Shown: positions 1 through 9,483 of the stretch, piece after piece | How the letters are laid out: each line of letters starts with the position of its first letter | Position numbering within the stretch: the stretch's first letter is position 1 | Assembly: GCF_000981445.1 (NCBI RefSeq) | Contig: NW_012237334.1 | Location: 1 to 36,669, forward strand | DNA from: Babesia bigemina | Taxonomy: Eukaryota | Direction: 5' to 3' | DNA: 36,669 bases | The notes under the pieces: generated by a model | Told to the model about the DNA's origin: nothing | The model's database searches: none | What the model saw: the letters and a program-made list of their open reading frames with translations, nothing else | Program-made: the position numbers and the translations under genes

Positions 1-2233
1 TTGAGAAATTTGTTCTAATATCCCACAAGAATTGATCGATTTGCTTGCGTAATTCAATAAGCAGAGATTTCTCACCAAGCATCAATTTCAACGCTTCACA
101 GAAATCTTTGCACGTCCTCTGCGTAGCTATATTATTTGCGATGCCACTGAGACCCAATGGATTGCCGAATGTGAAACCGTATTTATACAGATTAGGATGT
201 GTGTTGCGGCACTGTACTATTGACTTGCAATTTTTGTCGTGATTCTTGCCGTCGAGTTTCTTTGCATCAGTGTTATCACTCTTTGACTCTATTGCTTCAT
301 ATGCCTTTTTTACTTCGCATCCTTCAGTACAGCATTTTTCATAGCACCTGCTACCAGGCTTCTTGCAGGTTCCACAGCAGTCGTCATACAGTTTCTTCAA
401 CAGGTCGTAAAAAGTCTCCGTGATGTAAACGATCCAAGACAGGTGATTGGTCTTATGCTTGTTGGAATAATAGCTGTAGGTGTTTAATGCCAGTGGCTGA
501 ACGTAAAGACCACACGGCTTATTCGAGCCGGTTTTACAGTCAGTGATGCTGATCAGATCACCGTTGGCATGACTGCTTTTGTGTACTTTACTACTGCACA
601 ATGTGCTGGGATCAAGAGCTTCATACTGATTGCCGAAATATGCTTCGTTGATGGCTTCTTTGAATGCCGCTTGAGTATGCGTATGCGACTTTGTGACTTC
701 ATAAAAGCCGCCAGTGTAATACGCGAGATAACTATAATAATACGCGTATACATCACCTAGCGATTGCGGCGGTTTCTGCATAAGACACATGAAGTAACCA
801 CAAAGTTTCGTAAGTGGACTATCCTGCTTTCCACAAAATGCATCAAGCACCTTCCTAAGATGTTCACCGTTTTTAGTATGCGATGCCATAACGCTGATTT
901 CATTAAATCCCATCGGTGTCTTACACGGTATGCCGCGATGGTTGGACACCGTGCATTCCAATTTGCAACCTGGTTTCTTTAATGAATGTGGTAAGAAGCC
1001 AGGTAAACCATCCTCTAAGTATGACTGTAACGGTGACTTTACACCGCACTTAGGGTGTAACTCACACGTTTGGTTGACCTTTTGGTTACACTTTTGGTCA
1101 GCGCATTGCTTTGAATTGCACTTCCAGTCTGACCCACCGATTGCATTGCCATACAAACAACCCCGCCAGCCGGAACAGATTTCGTCGTTGCAGCATTGGC
1201 AGTATACGAAGTAGAGCTGTTGGTAAAGACGATGCAGTATGTCTGCTAGCATATCGATGCATTGGCCGTAGCGAGAGGGGTACGAGAAGCCTTGCGAATT
1301 AGTGTTGAAGTCCACCGCGTATATTCCGTCCGCCTGTCCATGGCCAAGTATCGTCGTCAGTACGTCGTGAGCCTGATGGCATACTTCCGTCAGTATGCCT
1401 GATATTCCTCCAACGGTGATGTTCTCCGGGTAGGCAGGCAGACTATCGGCGTCGTCGGTTTCAAGCAAGATTTCGTCCCCCTCACTGTTAGCAGCGTTGT
1501 TCTCCTCCTTCTCAAACAGCTCACTGAATCCGTTAAATGACAACGGTTGGTAGACAGGATTGTATGGAAAACCGGACAACCATAGCAGCATTTCGTATAC
1601 GCTCGACGGTTGCTTGGTGGCGAACATGGTACCGTAGTGGCAGACTTCGTAGTATTCGTGTAGGTGGGTGAACAGTTTCAATAGAATACCTTTACCGTGT
1701 CTATAGTACTCTTTGTAGTCTTCCCAAGATTTAAAGTCGGTAGGCTCTCTATTGAATTCACCATGATTTCTGAACACTCTACTTAAACGCACCGCGACAT
1801 CTCGACCGGTGTTGTTTTCGTTGATGAGACTCGGAATTTGGTAACCGGATTTTAGTAAATATTTCTGTAGGTCATTCACATCATTATCAGTTTTCGTTTG
1901 TACACGAATTTTACGCCACTCTTTACCGCCGTGGTAGAACAAATGATGCGACTCATTAAAAAGCATCGTCGCGCAAGTCAAAAACACTTTCGCACCGTGT
2001 CTTCCGTCAGTCGTCAGAATCATATTTTGATCGTAGTCCTGCACTTTTTGAGCGCTTTCCTTATTAGGGTCTTTTATCAACCACTGACCGATTGCCGGCG
2101 AGCCCTCGTACCTACTGACGTACGCCCTCCCAAGTTCACCAATCAATTTGCGAAGTCCACCTTTCATGGCATCAGGCAACTCCGGATGATTATGACCAGC
2201 GAACGTGGATGGCTGCAGTGCGCCTATGTTAAA
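1..2233 (-). pseudogene. 3' part of ves-like gene 1 (runs off the window edge), cut off from its 5' end by the retrotransposon
   Basis: Not in the ORF track because it has no stop in the window. Manual translation from 2230 gives NIGALQPSTFAGHNHPELPDAMKGGLRKLIGELGRAYVSRYEG, later GHGQADGIYAVDF and CGVKSPLQSYLEDGLPGFLPH, and at the left edge IELRKQIDQFLWDIRTNFS in the same frame as the start. These match the C-terminal half of the 29139..34706 protein. An in-frame TAA lies just upstream (~2234-2236). Confidence 0.88.
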
Positions 2234-2309
2234 TTAAGTTATCTCATCTTATAGTGTGCTATGTGGCTACGTGCCTAGGGCCGGTTTTCGTGTTTGCGGG
2301 GCTAACGCC

Positions 2310-5300
2310 TCACGCTGAAACCGGTTGCGGGATCCACGCCGGTCCATTGCCGGACGTCACTGGTGCCATCCATGCGGGCATCCATCCAGTTTGGGCTTGA
2401 GGGTCTTCTACGGAATCGTAGTCTTCTTTCGGCTTCATATCCCTCATCACTATTTTATGTGTTTCTTGGATCACTACCCTTTGTATGTGGGCTTCCATGC
2501 GATCCGATATGCCCAGGTCCCGTCTGTACTTGCTGTGCTCCTTTGTCACTATTCCCTCCCACGTCATAACGTAGGGGATAACCCTGATCTTGGTGTGCTG
2601 GTTAAACTGTCGCGCCTTGAGGTCCTCAATAAGGTCTTCATACTTCTGCTTCTTGAACTTCTCCGTATCCACTAGGTTGTCTTGATTGGTGATTCCTATC
2701 TCCACGATGGTTATGGTGTTCCTCCGCCGATCCGCCAGGATGATGTCTGGCCTGTTGTATTCCTTAGTCTTCTGAGTCTTGACCGTCTTGTCGTACGCGA
2801 TCCATCCGTATTTTCCATGTACTTCACTCTCGATCTTGTGGGCGTCTATCTTCTCCTTGGGTAGTCCTATTTGCCTCCCGAGTACTGAGTGGACCCGTTT
2901 TGCTACCTCGTTGTGCCTCTTCGTATATTCTAGGTGTAGTAGTTTCTGGCACTTCGTCGCGAGGTGATCCACGTTCTTGCCGTTGTTGCATCTTGTGCAT
3001 TTCTTGGACGAAGACATCCATTGCAGATTCCTATCCTGGACTTCCGCTACGTTCGCTTCTTCTTCCGGAGTGAGTATTCCACACGTCAGGTACAAGGACG
3101 ACGCCTCAATGTCCAGCTTGGGGTCCTCACGCTTGGCATACAGAACCTTATGAGTTGATTTTACGTGCATTCTGTTGTACAGCCATTTGTTTTGGGCCAC
3201 CCTGAGGTCCCTGAGGCTCTTGTCCGTAGTGTCCTCCATTCCGAATTCCATTCCATATCTTCCTTCCAGGTGCATCTTGATGTGAGATATGTGCGCGTAT
3301 GTGTCGCGAAAATGCTGCATGATCGCAGCTCTCCTGGTTGACGTCACCTCGTCTGCTGAAAGCGTCAACCACAGTCGTAGCAGCATGGCTTCCGCTCTAA
3401 ATACCATGCTGTGGAGCCCTCTCCCCATCTCTTTCCGGGGGAGGTAGAGCCTCTGTGTGTTCGCCCACTTCTTGTGTCCGTGCTTCGCGTTAATTATTCT
3501 CCGTACTGCCAGGTCGATCTTGTCGAAATGCGTGATGTCCATAGGGATCACGCCGATGTAGTAGTTGATGACGCTGAGGGCGTACTGGTTGATGGCCATC
3601 GAGAGGTTTTTCCCCGACAGCTTTGACGCAGCCAGTAGCTCCGTTCTCCTGCATATCTCCTGTAGTATTATGTCGAACATTCCGTCGCTTGTCAGTGAGT
3701 TTGAAGTCTCTGTGACTCCCAAGTACTTGTACGTTTCCGGGCCTTCCATCTGCTTGGCGATGCTGGCGCACGCCTCCGTGTTGGTTGCCGACTTGTCGCG
3801 GTTGATCCTGAGTCCTATGTCGTTGAAGAACTTCTCCACTTCTCGGCCCATTCCTCTCATCGTACTTTCCTCGTGGGCGAAGAACTTGAGGTCGTCAATA
3901 TAGAGAAAGTGGTTTGTGGCGAATATCCTGCCGCCGGTCACGCTTAACTCCACCTTGGGGAAGATGCGAGTCAGGTGCCTGCTCAGCGGGTCCAAGCACA
4001 GCACGAAGAGAAGGGGCGATAGGCTGTCGCCTTGGAGAATGCCCCTCTCCACTTTCTTGTGCATGATTGTGTTCTTGTTCCACCGTATCTCTATATTCCA
4101 CCTCTTGATCGTCTGCTTGATGAAGTTTGATAACCACCCTGGTAGGTTAAGGTTGTCGATAACCCTTGCCAGGTACGCGTGGTCGATTGAGTCGTACGCC
4201 TTCATGACGTCGACCCACGTTGCAAGTAACTTCCCCTTGTGCTTCTCGTTGAGCGCGATGTTCGCTAACGCGTGCTCCTTTGCACCCTGTACGTTGCTCC
4301 TCGTGCCCATCTGGTTCTCGGACCGTAGTCCCCTGCCATCGACTTCTCGCTTAAGCGTCTCCGTTGCACAGCGGGTAGTTAGCTTGTATAGGTTGGACAT
4401 GCATGTGATAGGCCTGTACTGTGCGGCGGACTTTGGTTTCTTGTTCTTCGGTAGTAGGTACGTGATCCCACAGTAGAACCAGTCGTCCTGCACTTTGCCT
4501 TGCTGGCATGCCTCCTCTACTAGCCTGTAAATGACTCTGTGAAGGGACGTGAGCCATTTAATGTAGTAGTTGTAGATCCCATCCGCACCGGGCGACTTCC
4601 AGTCTCGCAATTTCTTGACGATCGTGACGAATTCCTCGTATGTGGGAAAGCCTGCCTTGTTCTCTGCCGGTGGTCTTTCGACCAGATATCCTTCACCGTT
4701 GTGCGGTGCGTTTGGCTTCACCCACATTTGCGCCCAGTACTCTATCATCATCCCCTCGTTTATCGCCGACTCGTCCGCGTCCTGCTTGTTCTCCAGTGTC
4801 CTGTAGAAGTGTCCCGTGTAGAGCTCGAACATGCGGTTGTCGTTGTACAACTCCTTCTTGAACTTGGCGTTCTTGAGTTTGTCCTGCTCCTTTTGGAGCT
4901 CCTCTTGAGTCCTGCTGATCACGTATGACAGTTCCTGCGGCTTGTCCGCGATCATGTTGTACTTGTCCATTTGGCGATAAACGCGTTTCCTATCCTCCTT
5001 CTCCAGGGGGACCTTCTGCTTGTATTTCAGAAGTAATGCTCCTATCTCCTCCAGCTCCTTGATCCTCCTCTCAGCTGCCTCCTTCTTTCCCGAGGACGAC
5101 GATGGTTTTGCGCTGTACTTGTCGTAGCAGTCCTGTGCCGTTTGATACAAGATGGCTAGCATCCCCATGTCAGTGACTGGGTTGTGCTTCACGTAGTTGT
5201 GGACCACTAGATCCAGCGACCTTATCGCCGTGAAGTCGAGGGAGTCCATGGTGTGTCTTTTGTTCTTTACTGTCCTAATCACACCAGGCTCCCTCAACCT

Positions 5301-5954
5301 CTGTGCCATGATCCGGTCGAAATCCTCCTGCAGGGCGTTGTATGAGTCGACGTCGTGCAGCGATGCTATTTCTCCAACGTCCGTCGGTTGGCTCCGCGCT
5401 GCTTTGGCGACTACCTGTCTTGCCATCTGCTCCACCTCCTTGTGGGTCTTGTGGAATTCGAAATGCTCGTTGGCATATTCCGCGAGGACTTTCCATCCTC
5501 CTCGTGGCATCCTCTGATACTTCGTCACTACTGCCTTGTAGACGTCCGGTACCCAATGACACCATGGTCCATCGATCTGACGCATGACACAGTGCAGGAA
5601 CTGTAACTTGGCATTCAGCCTAGCGTAGTTCGGCGGCATTTGTGGCGTGTTCCCGGCCCGTTCAGCCTGCGGGGCGTGCCCTTCGGGTGCCCTCGGCAAC
5701 GCAGCCGTCTCAGTGAGCGCCACCTCACTGGCGGTGCCCGGTGCTATACTGTTGTTTGATTCTCTCACAGGCCCGACTTGCTCAGGTTCCTCTTCGTCCA
5801 CGTCCATAAAGTCATCCGACGATATGGAATACACGGTCGGAGAGCGGCAGCCACCGTTTCCGACAACCTCCCCTGCCGGTGGCTGCAGGGTAGACAGTGT
5901 CTGCACACACACGGGTGCGCGTTCCGAGGAACTCGGCCCGGCGTTGCAAACCAC
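2310..5954 (-). CDS. Reverse transcriptase / CCHC / restriction-like endonuclease polyprotein (main frame, open back to ~6001)
   Basis: Non-LTR RT motifs in order: WKSPGADG, YRPITC, NQMG, WVDVMKAYDSIDH, RGILQGDSLSPLLF, YIDD (3902-3891), GLRINRDKS, YKYLGV, RLYLPRKEMGRGL. Then CTRC-x7-H-x4-C (~2999-2950), RHNEV, RPDIIL...IVEIGIT...KKQKY. The track start at 5954 is a GTG. Confidence 0.95.
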   Translation of the reverse strand: MVCNAGPSSSERAPVCVQTLSTLQPPAGEVVGNGGCRSPTVYSISSDDFMDVDEEEPEQVGPVRESNNSIAPGTASEVALTETAALPRAPEGHAPQAERAGNTPQMPPNYARLNAKLQFLHCVMRQIDGPWCHWVPDVYKAVVTKYQRMPRGGWKVLAEYANEHFEFHKTHKEVEQMARQVVAKAARSQPTDVGEIASLHDVDSYNALQEDFDRIMAQRLREPGVIRTVKNKRHTMDSLDFTAIRSLDLVVHNYVKHNPVTDMGMLAILYQTAQDCYDKYSAKPSSSSGKKEAAERRIKELEEIGALLLKYKQKVPLEKEDRKRVYRQMDKYNMIADKPQELSYVISRTQEELQKEQDKLKNAKFKKELYNDNRMFELYTGHFYRTLENKQDADESAINEGMMIEYWAQMWVKPNAPHNGEGYLVERPPAENKAGFPTYEEFVTIVKKLRDWKSPGADGIYNYYIKWLTSLHRVIYRLVEEACQQGKVQDDWFYCGITYLLPKNKKPKSAAQYRPITCMSNLYKLTTRCATETLKREVDGRGLRSENQMGTRSNVQGAKEHALANIALNEKHKGKLLATWVDVMKAYDSIDHAYLARVIDNLNLPGWLSNFIKQTIKRWNIEIRWNKNTIMHKKVERGILQGDSLSPLLFVLCLDPLSRHLTRIFPKVELSVTGGRIFATNHFLYIDDLKFFAHEESTMRGMGREVEKFFNDIGLRINRDKSATNTEACASIAKQMEGPETYKYLGVTETSNSLTSDGMFDIILQEICRRTELLAASKLSGKNLSMAINQYALSVINYYIGVIPMDITHFDKIDLAVRRIINAKHGHKKWANTQRLYLPRKEMGRGLHSMVFRAEAMLLRLWLTLSADEVTSTRRAAIMQHFRDTYAHISHIKMHLEGRYGMEFGMEDTTDKSLRDLRVAQNKWLYNRMHVKSTHKVLYAKREDPKLDIEASSLYLTCGILTPEEEANVAEVQDRNLQWMSSSKKCTRCNNGKNVDHLATKCQKLLHLEYTKRHNEVAKRVHSVLGRQIGLPKEKIDAHKIESEVHGKYGWIAYDKTVKTQKTKEYNRPDIILADRRRNTITIVEIGITNQDNLVDTEKFKKQKYEDLIEDLKARQFNQHTKIRVIPYVMTWEGIVTKEHSKYRRDLGISDRMEAHIQRVVIQETHKIVMRDMKPKEDYDSVEDPQAQTGWMPAWMAPVTSGNGPAWIPQPVSA

Positions 5955-6352
5955 GACAGGCGGCGTTTGAGCCGTGTTTCCTGTCTTTTTGGCTTCCGGT
6001 TGTTACCCTTTTGGCCCTGGGGACCGCCGTTCCGCGCTTTGTTTCCAGCGCCCTTCACAGCCGGAGTGGTTCCGGGCTGGTGTCGTTTCCGGCTTGCCTG
6101 CGGGATTGGCCGGCTTTCGCCGCCACGGCCGGCCCCCTTCGAATTTGTGGGTTTACCTTTAGGGCCCTGAACACCGCTTTGTACCGGTTTTCTGGATTCA
6201 TGCCGCCTTTCGGGTTGCCGACACTCTCGGCGCCCCACGGTGGCAAGCGGAGCATCGATGTCCATCCCATCGGGGACGTCCACGTCAATAACCATGAGGT
6301 CTCCGTCCTCATCGATTTGACTGCTCAGCTGCACTTCTTGTGAGCTCTCCAT
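5765..6352 (-). CDS. N-terminal acidic then basic low-complexity ORF of the retroelement; probably the true start of the polyprotein, separated by a 1-nt frameshift
   Basis: ATG at 6352 (MESSQEVQ...). It overlaps the RT frame between ~6001 and 5765. Adding one A to the A5 run (5986-5990) fuses the two into one 1347-aa ORF. Confidence 0.65.
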   Translation of the reverse strand: MESSQEVQLSSQIDEDGDLMVIDVDVPDGMDIDAPLATVGRRECRQPERRHESRKPVQSGVQGPKGKPTNSKGAGRGGESRPIPQASRKRHQPGTTPAVKGAGNKARNGGPQGQKGNNRKPKRQETRLKRRLSWFATPGRVPRNAHPCVCRHCLPCSHRQGRLSETVAAALRPCIPYRRMTLWTWTKRNLSKSGL

Positions 6353-6530
6353 TGGTACCTTGTTCGTCTATCCAGCGCGCCTGTGTGGCCGCCTTTCGCC
6401 TCGCGATGTTGCCGCTTTAATTCCACACTTTTGGCCTTCAATACACCCCCCAGTGACATCGGAAAAATTTCCTTTCTGTGATAAACCCGAGAAAACACGT
6501 TTCTCAAAGTTTCCCCCAAAATCACAGAAG

Positions 6531-7173
6531 ATTCCAACTCCTCATGTTCCCCCTTCATGGTTTCGACATAGTCACTAGCCCACTCAAGGCACTCGCCAAC
6601 TTTATTGTTCATCTGGTTGATATCATTGTGATCATTGAACATTCCAATAGCTTCAATTAAATAATTGGTGTAATCATAAAACTTCCTAATCGGTTCACTT
6701 ACCTTATTATTAGACTTCATGACACCATCATTATACCCCCGCACCCCCTCGACCACCTTTCCAATCGCAATATTAAAACCTTTTTTACCGCCGTGTTTAT
6801 TTTTGTTAAGAGCTTCAATTGCTTCATTAATTTGTCCATTATGCTGCCCTAAATGGCCTTGGATGTTACTGAGAACACCTGTCAAAAATCCCATCACCCC
6901 GTCACACAGCCTGTCAAGGTCAGAGTACACTATCCCCTGGCCGTCGTAGCCTTTGGAGTCTTTGTTGAAGCCGAGGAAAGTCTCGAGGCCAGAGCAGAGG
7001 TTAGTAAGGATGTTAGTAGGGTTATTATTAAAGGTGTTTTATAGGTTCAAAATTTAGTCAAATTTCTTGTCAAGCTCCCTAGGCGGCACATGGTCAGGGC
7101 AGTGGCAAGAGGTGGAAGAGGGGAAGTGAAGGGTGACAAGGCACAAGTTATTGCTATGGTTTAAAGAGGTCAT
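6531..7173 (-). pseudogene. 5' fragment of ves-like gene 1
   Basis: ATG 7173 MTSLNHSNNLCLVTLHF..., with in-frame TAA at 7056-7054 and 7041-7039. Then NLCSGLETFLGF..GYDGQGIVYSDLDRLCDGVMGFLTGVLSNIQGHLGQH, shared with genes 2 and 3. Homology fades near YVETMKGEHEEL (~6535). Confidence 0.88.
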
Positions 7174-7198
7174 AGCGGTATTATAGCGAGGTAATTCG

Positions 7199-7896
7199 AG
7201 GGATGTAGAGTGAAGTAGGGAGCGATGTAGAGTGGATTAGGGAGCGATGTAGAGTGGACAAAGGGGCGATGTAGAGTGGGTTAGGGAGCGATGTAGAGTG
7301 GGTTAGGGAGCGATGTAGAGTGGATAAAGGGGCGATGTAGAGTGGATAAAGGGGCGATGTAAGGTAGGTTAAGGGGCGATGTAGAGTGGAGAAGGGAGCG
7401 ATGTAGAGTGGATTAGGGAGCGATGAAGAGTGGGTAAAGGAGCGATGTAGAGTGGATAGAGGAGCGATGTAGAGTGGGTAAAGGGGCGATGTGGAGTGGG
7501 TTAGGGAGCGATGTGGAGTGGATAAAGGAGCGATGTGGAGTGGGTTAAGGGGCGATGTAGAGTGGATAAAAGGGCGATGTAGAGTGGGTTAGGGAGCGAT
7601 GTGGAGTGGATAAAGGGGCGATGTAGAGTGGATTAGGGAGCGATGTAGAGTGGGTAAAGGGGCGATGTAGAGTGGATTAAGGAGTGATGTGGAGTGGGTT
7701 AAGGGGCGATGAAGGGTGGATAGAGGAGCGATGTAGAGTGGATAAGGGGCGATGTAGAGTGGGTAAAGGGGCGATGTAGAGTGGATAAGGGAGCGATGTA
7801 GAGTGGTCAAAGGGGCGATGTAGAGTGGATAAGGGAGCGATGTAGAGTGGGTTAGGGAGCGATGTAGAGTGGGTTAGGGAGCGATGTAGAGTTGAT
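7199..7896. repeat. Satellite A: ~21-22-bp G-rich unit (GGAGCGATGTAGAGTGGGTTAG and variants)
   Basis: Direct tandem repetition beginning ~25 nt upstream of the ves leader ATG. Confidence 0.97.
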
Positions 7897-7904
7897 AATA
7901 ATCA

Positions 7905-8880
7905 CCGCTGCTGTGACCATGACATCGCTGCCGTAACCATGTCACCGCTGCCGTGACCATTAACTTGGTCAGCACTTTGGTCAGCACTTTGGTCAGCACT
8001 TTGGTCAACACATTGGTCAACACGTTGGTCACCACGTTGGTCACCACTTTGGTCACCACGTTGGTCAGCACTTTGGTCAACACGTTGGTCAACACGTTGG
8101 TCAGCACTTTGGTCACCACTTAGGTCAGGTGCTTGGTCAGCACATTGGTCATAGCATTGGTCAACACTTTGTTCAGCACATTGGTCAGCAACTTGGTCAC
8201 CACGTTGGTCAACACGTTGGTTATGGCATTGGCCACCACTTTGGTCAGCACATTGGTCAGCACTGTCATCGCTGCCGTGACCATGTCACCGCTGCCGTGA
8301 CCATGTCATCGCTGCCGTAACCATCAACTGTCATCGCTGCCGTGACCATCAACTGTCATCGCTGCCGTAACCATGTCATCGCTGCCGTAACCATCAACTG
8401 TCATCGCTGCCGTGACCACCAACTGTCATCGCTGCCGTAACCATCAACTGTCATCGCTGCCGTGACCACCAACTGTCATCGCTGCCGTGACCATCAACTT
8501 GGTCAGCACTTTGGTCATCACCTTGGTCAACACGTTGGTCATCACCTTGGTCATCACCTTGGTCAACACGTTGGTCGTGGCATTGGTCAGCACTTTGGTC
8601 ACCACTTAGGTCAGGTGCTTGGTCAGCACATTGGTCAACACATTGGTCACCACTTTGGTCAGCACGTTGGTCAGCACATTGGTCATGGCATTGGTCAGCA
8701 CACTGGTCAGCACGTTGGTCAACACTTTGGGCAGCATCTTGGTCAACACTTTGGTCATGGCATTGGTCAGGTGCTTGGTCACCACTTTGGTCACCACTTT
8801 GGTCAGCACGTTGGTCAGCACTTTGGTCAGCACTTTGGTCATGGCATTGGTCAGGTGCTTGATCACCTCACTGGTCATGT
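7905..8880. repeat. Alternating satellite B (20/25 bp, CCATGTCATCGCTGCCGTGA) and satellite C (12 bp, TTGGTCAGCACT): B ~7905-7960, C ~7961-8263, B ~8264-8497, C ~8498-8880
   Basis: Direct tandem repetition. Confidence 0.95.
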
Positions 8881-8990
8881 AATTAGTCATCAATGCAATC
8901 ACTATCCTGTCTAGAACATTAGAAGTCAGTTGCCAGTTAGGTGATCTGTGGGATGTGGATTACGAAAATTGCGCTAACAAATCGCTGGTA

Positions 8991-9206
8991 TTAGCTGTAG
9001 AACGCGATGCAGAAGGGTATCTTGCGTACGAGGAAATCGCGGATGTTGCGGCCCACCGGGAAGCGGAAGATGCACAGGTCGAGCAGGATGATGGCGACGA
9101 TGACGGCAACGATGACGGCGGCGATGGCGGAGTAGGGAGGGGGGGAAGTAGTTACTTCACTGCTCATGTAATTGGTCATCAACGCAATAGTTACATTGTC
9201 TAGCAC
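8991..9206 (-). other. Orphan TM/cytoplasmic-tail cassette, type A (mini-ORF, alternative 3' exon or relic)
   Basis: Encodes ...MSSEVTTSPPPYSAIAAVIVAVIVAIILLDLCIFRFPVGRNIRDFLVRKIPFCIAFYS*, near identical to the C-terminus of the 9484 gene. Confidence 0.7.
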
Positions 9207-9239
9207 ATTACATGTCAGTTGCCAGTTAGGTTATTGTGA

Positions 9240-9398
9240 TTAGCTGCGCAGTAGATACCTCACCCTGTGGAACGGCCGGATGCGGAAGTAGATCATGACG
9301 CAGATGACGACGATGATGAGGGCGACGGGGACGATGATGTAAGGGGCGGGGCAAGTAGTCACCTCACTGCTCATGTGATTTGTCATCAACGCAATCAT
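9240..9398 (-). other. Orphan TM/cytoplasmic-tail cassette, type B (52-aa mini-ORF, below the track cut-off)
   Basis: Manual translation: MIALMTNHMSSEVTTCPAPYIIVPVALIIIVVICVMIYFRIRPFHRVRYLLRS*, near identical to the C-terminus of the 20476 gene. Confidence 0.7.
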
Positions 9399-9483
9399 TG
9401 CTGTCTACAACATTAGATGTGAGTTGCCAGTTAGTAATCGGTGGGATTTGGATTACGATGTTTGCACTAACAAATTGTCGAGA

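Larger units (their letters stand above)
2231..6530 (-). mobile_element. Non-LTR retrotransposon of the RLE (restriction-like endonuclease) type, R2/R4-group-like, near full length
   Basis: Contains RT, CCHC and RLE coding sequence, a ~180-nt 5' region and a ~80-nt 3' UTR. It is flanked on both sides by ves coding sequence and is visibly more GC-rich than the flanks. No LTRs. Boundaries were placed where ves homology stops (about +/-15 nt). Confidence 0.92.

Noticed and set aside
2310..5954. RT as group II intron, retron, DGR, telomerase or LTR element
   Set aside because: The C-terminal CCHC plus PD-(D/E)xK endonuclease and the motif set are those of non-LTR RLE elements. No integrase, RNase H, LTRs or template/variable repeat pair was seen.
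5980..6000. Programmed -1 ribosomal frameshift site
   Set aside because: In the ORF1 frame the sequence is CCA AAA AGA, which does not fit the X XXY YYZ slippery consensus; an indel is simpler.
2225..6550. Target-site duplication (AACAT near both junctions on the minus strand)
   Set aside because: Only 5 nt, junction positions are uncertain, and the flanks come from non-adjacent parts of a ves gene.
2325..6578. Many plus-strand ORFs antisense to the RT and ves genes
   Set aside because: Shadow ORFs of long coding frames with no recognisable motifs.
6325..6930. 201-aa ORF as a genuine ves-retroelement fusion protein
   Set aside because: The last ~70 codons are read-through into the element's 5' region and end at 6325 without joining the element's ORFs, and the upstream leader has two stops.
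6985..7120. Intron removing the leader stop codons (TACTAAC twice before CTCGAG)
   Set aside because: No convincing donor conserved across copies gives the right phase. The TACTAAC lies in sequence encoding the conserved NILTNLCSGLE motif. Not excluded without cDNA.
7199..8880. CRISPR-like appearance of the regular short repeats (also 17667-20120, 27493-29018, 34976-36669)
   Set aside because: Units are directly adjacent without unique spacers, there are no cas genes, and the context is eukaryotic; these are satellites.
7589..8914. Track ORFs such as PLYIAP..., GQHFGQH..., LTKVLTNV..., LVSTLVST... (and equivalents in other arrays, plus 10826-11515 ARLALCL...)
   Set aside because: They are open in several frames and both strands merely because the repeat units lack stops; no evidence of coding.
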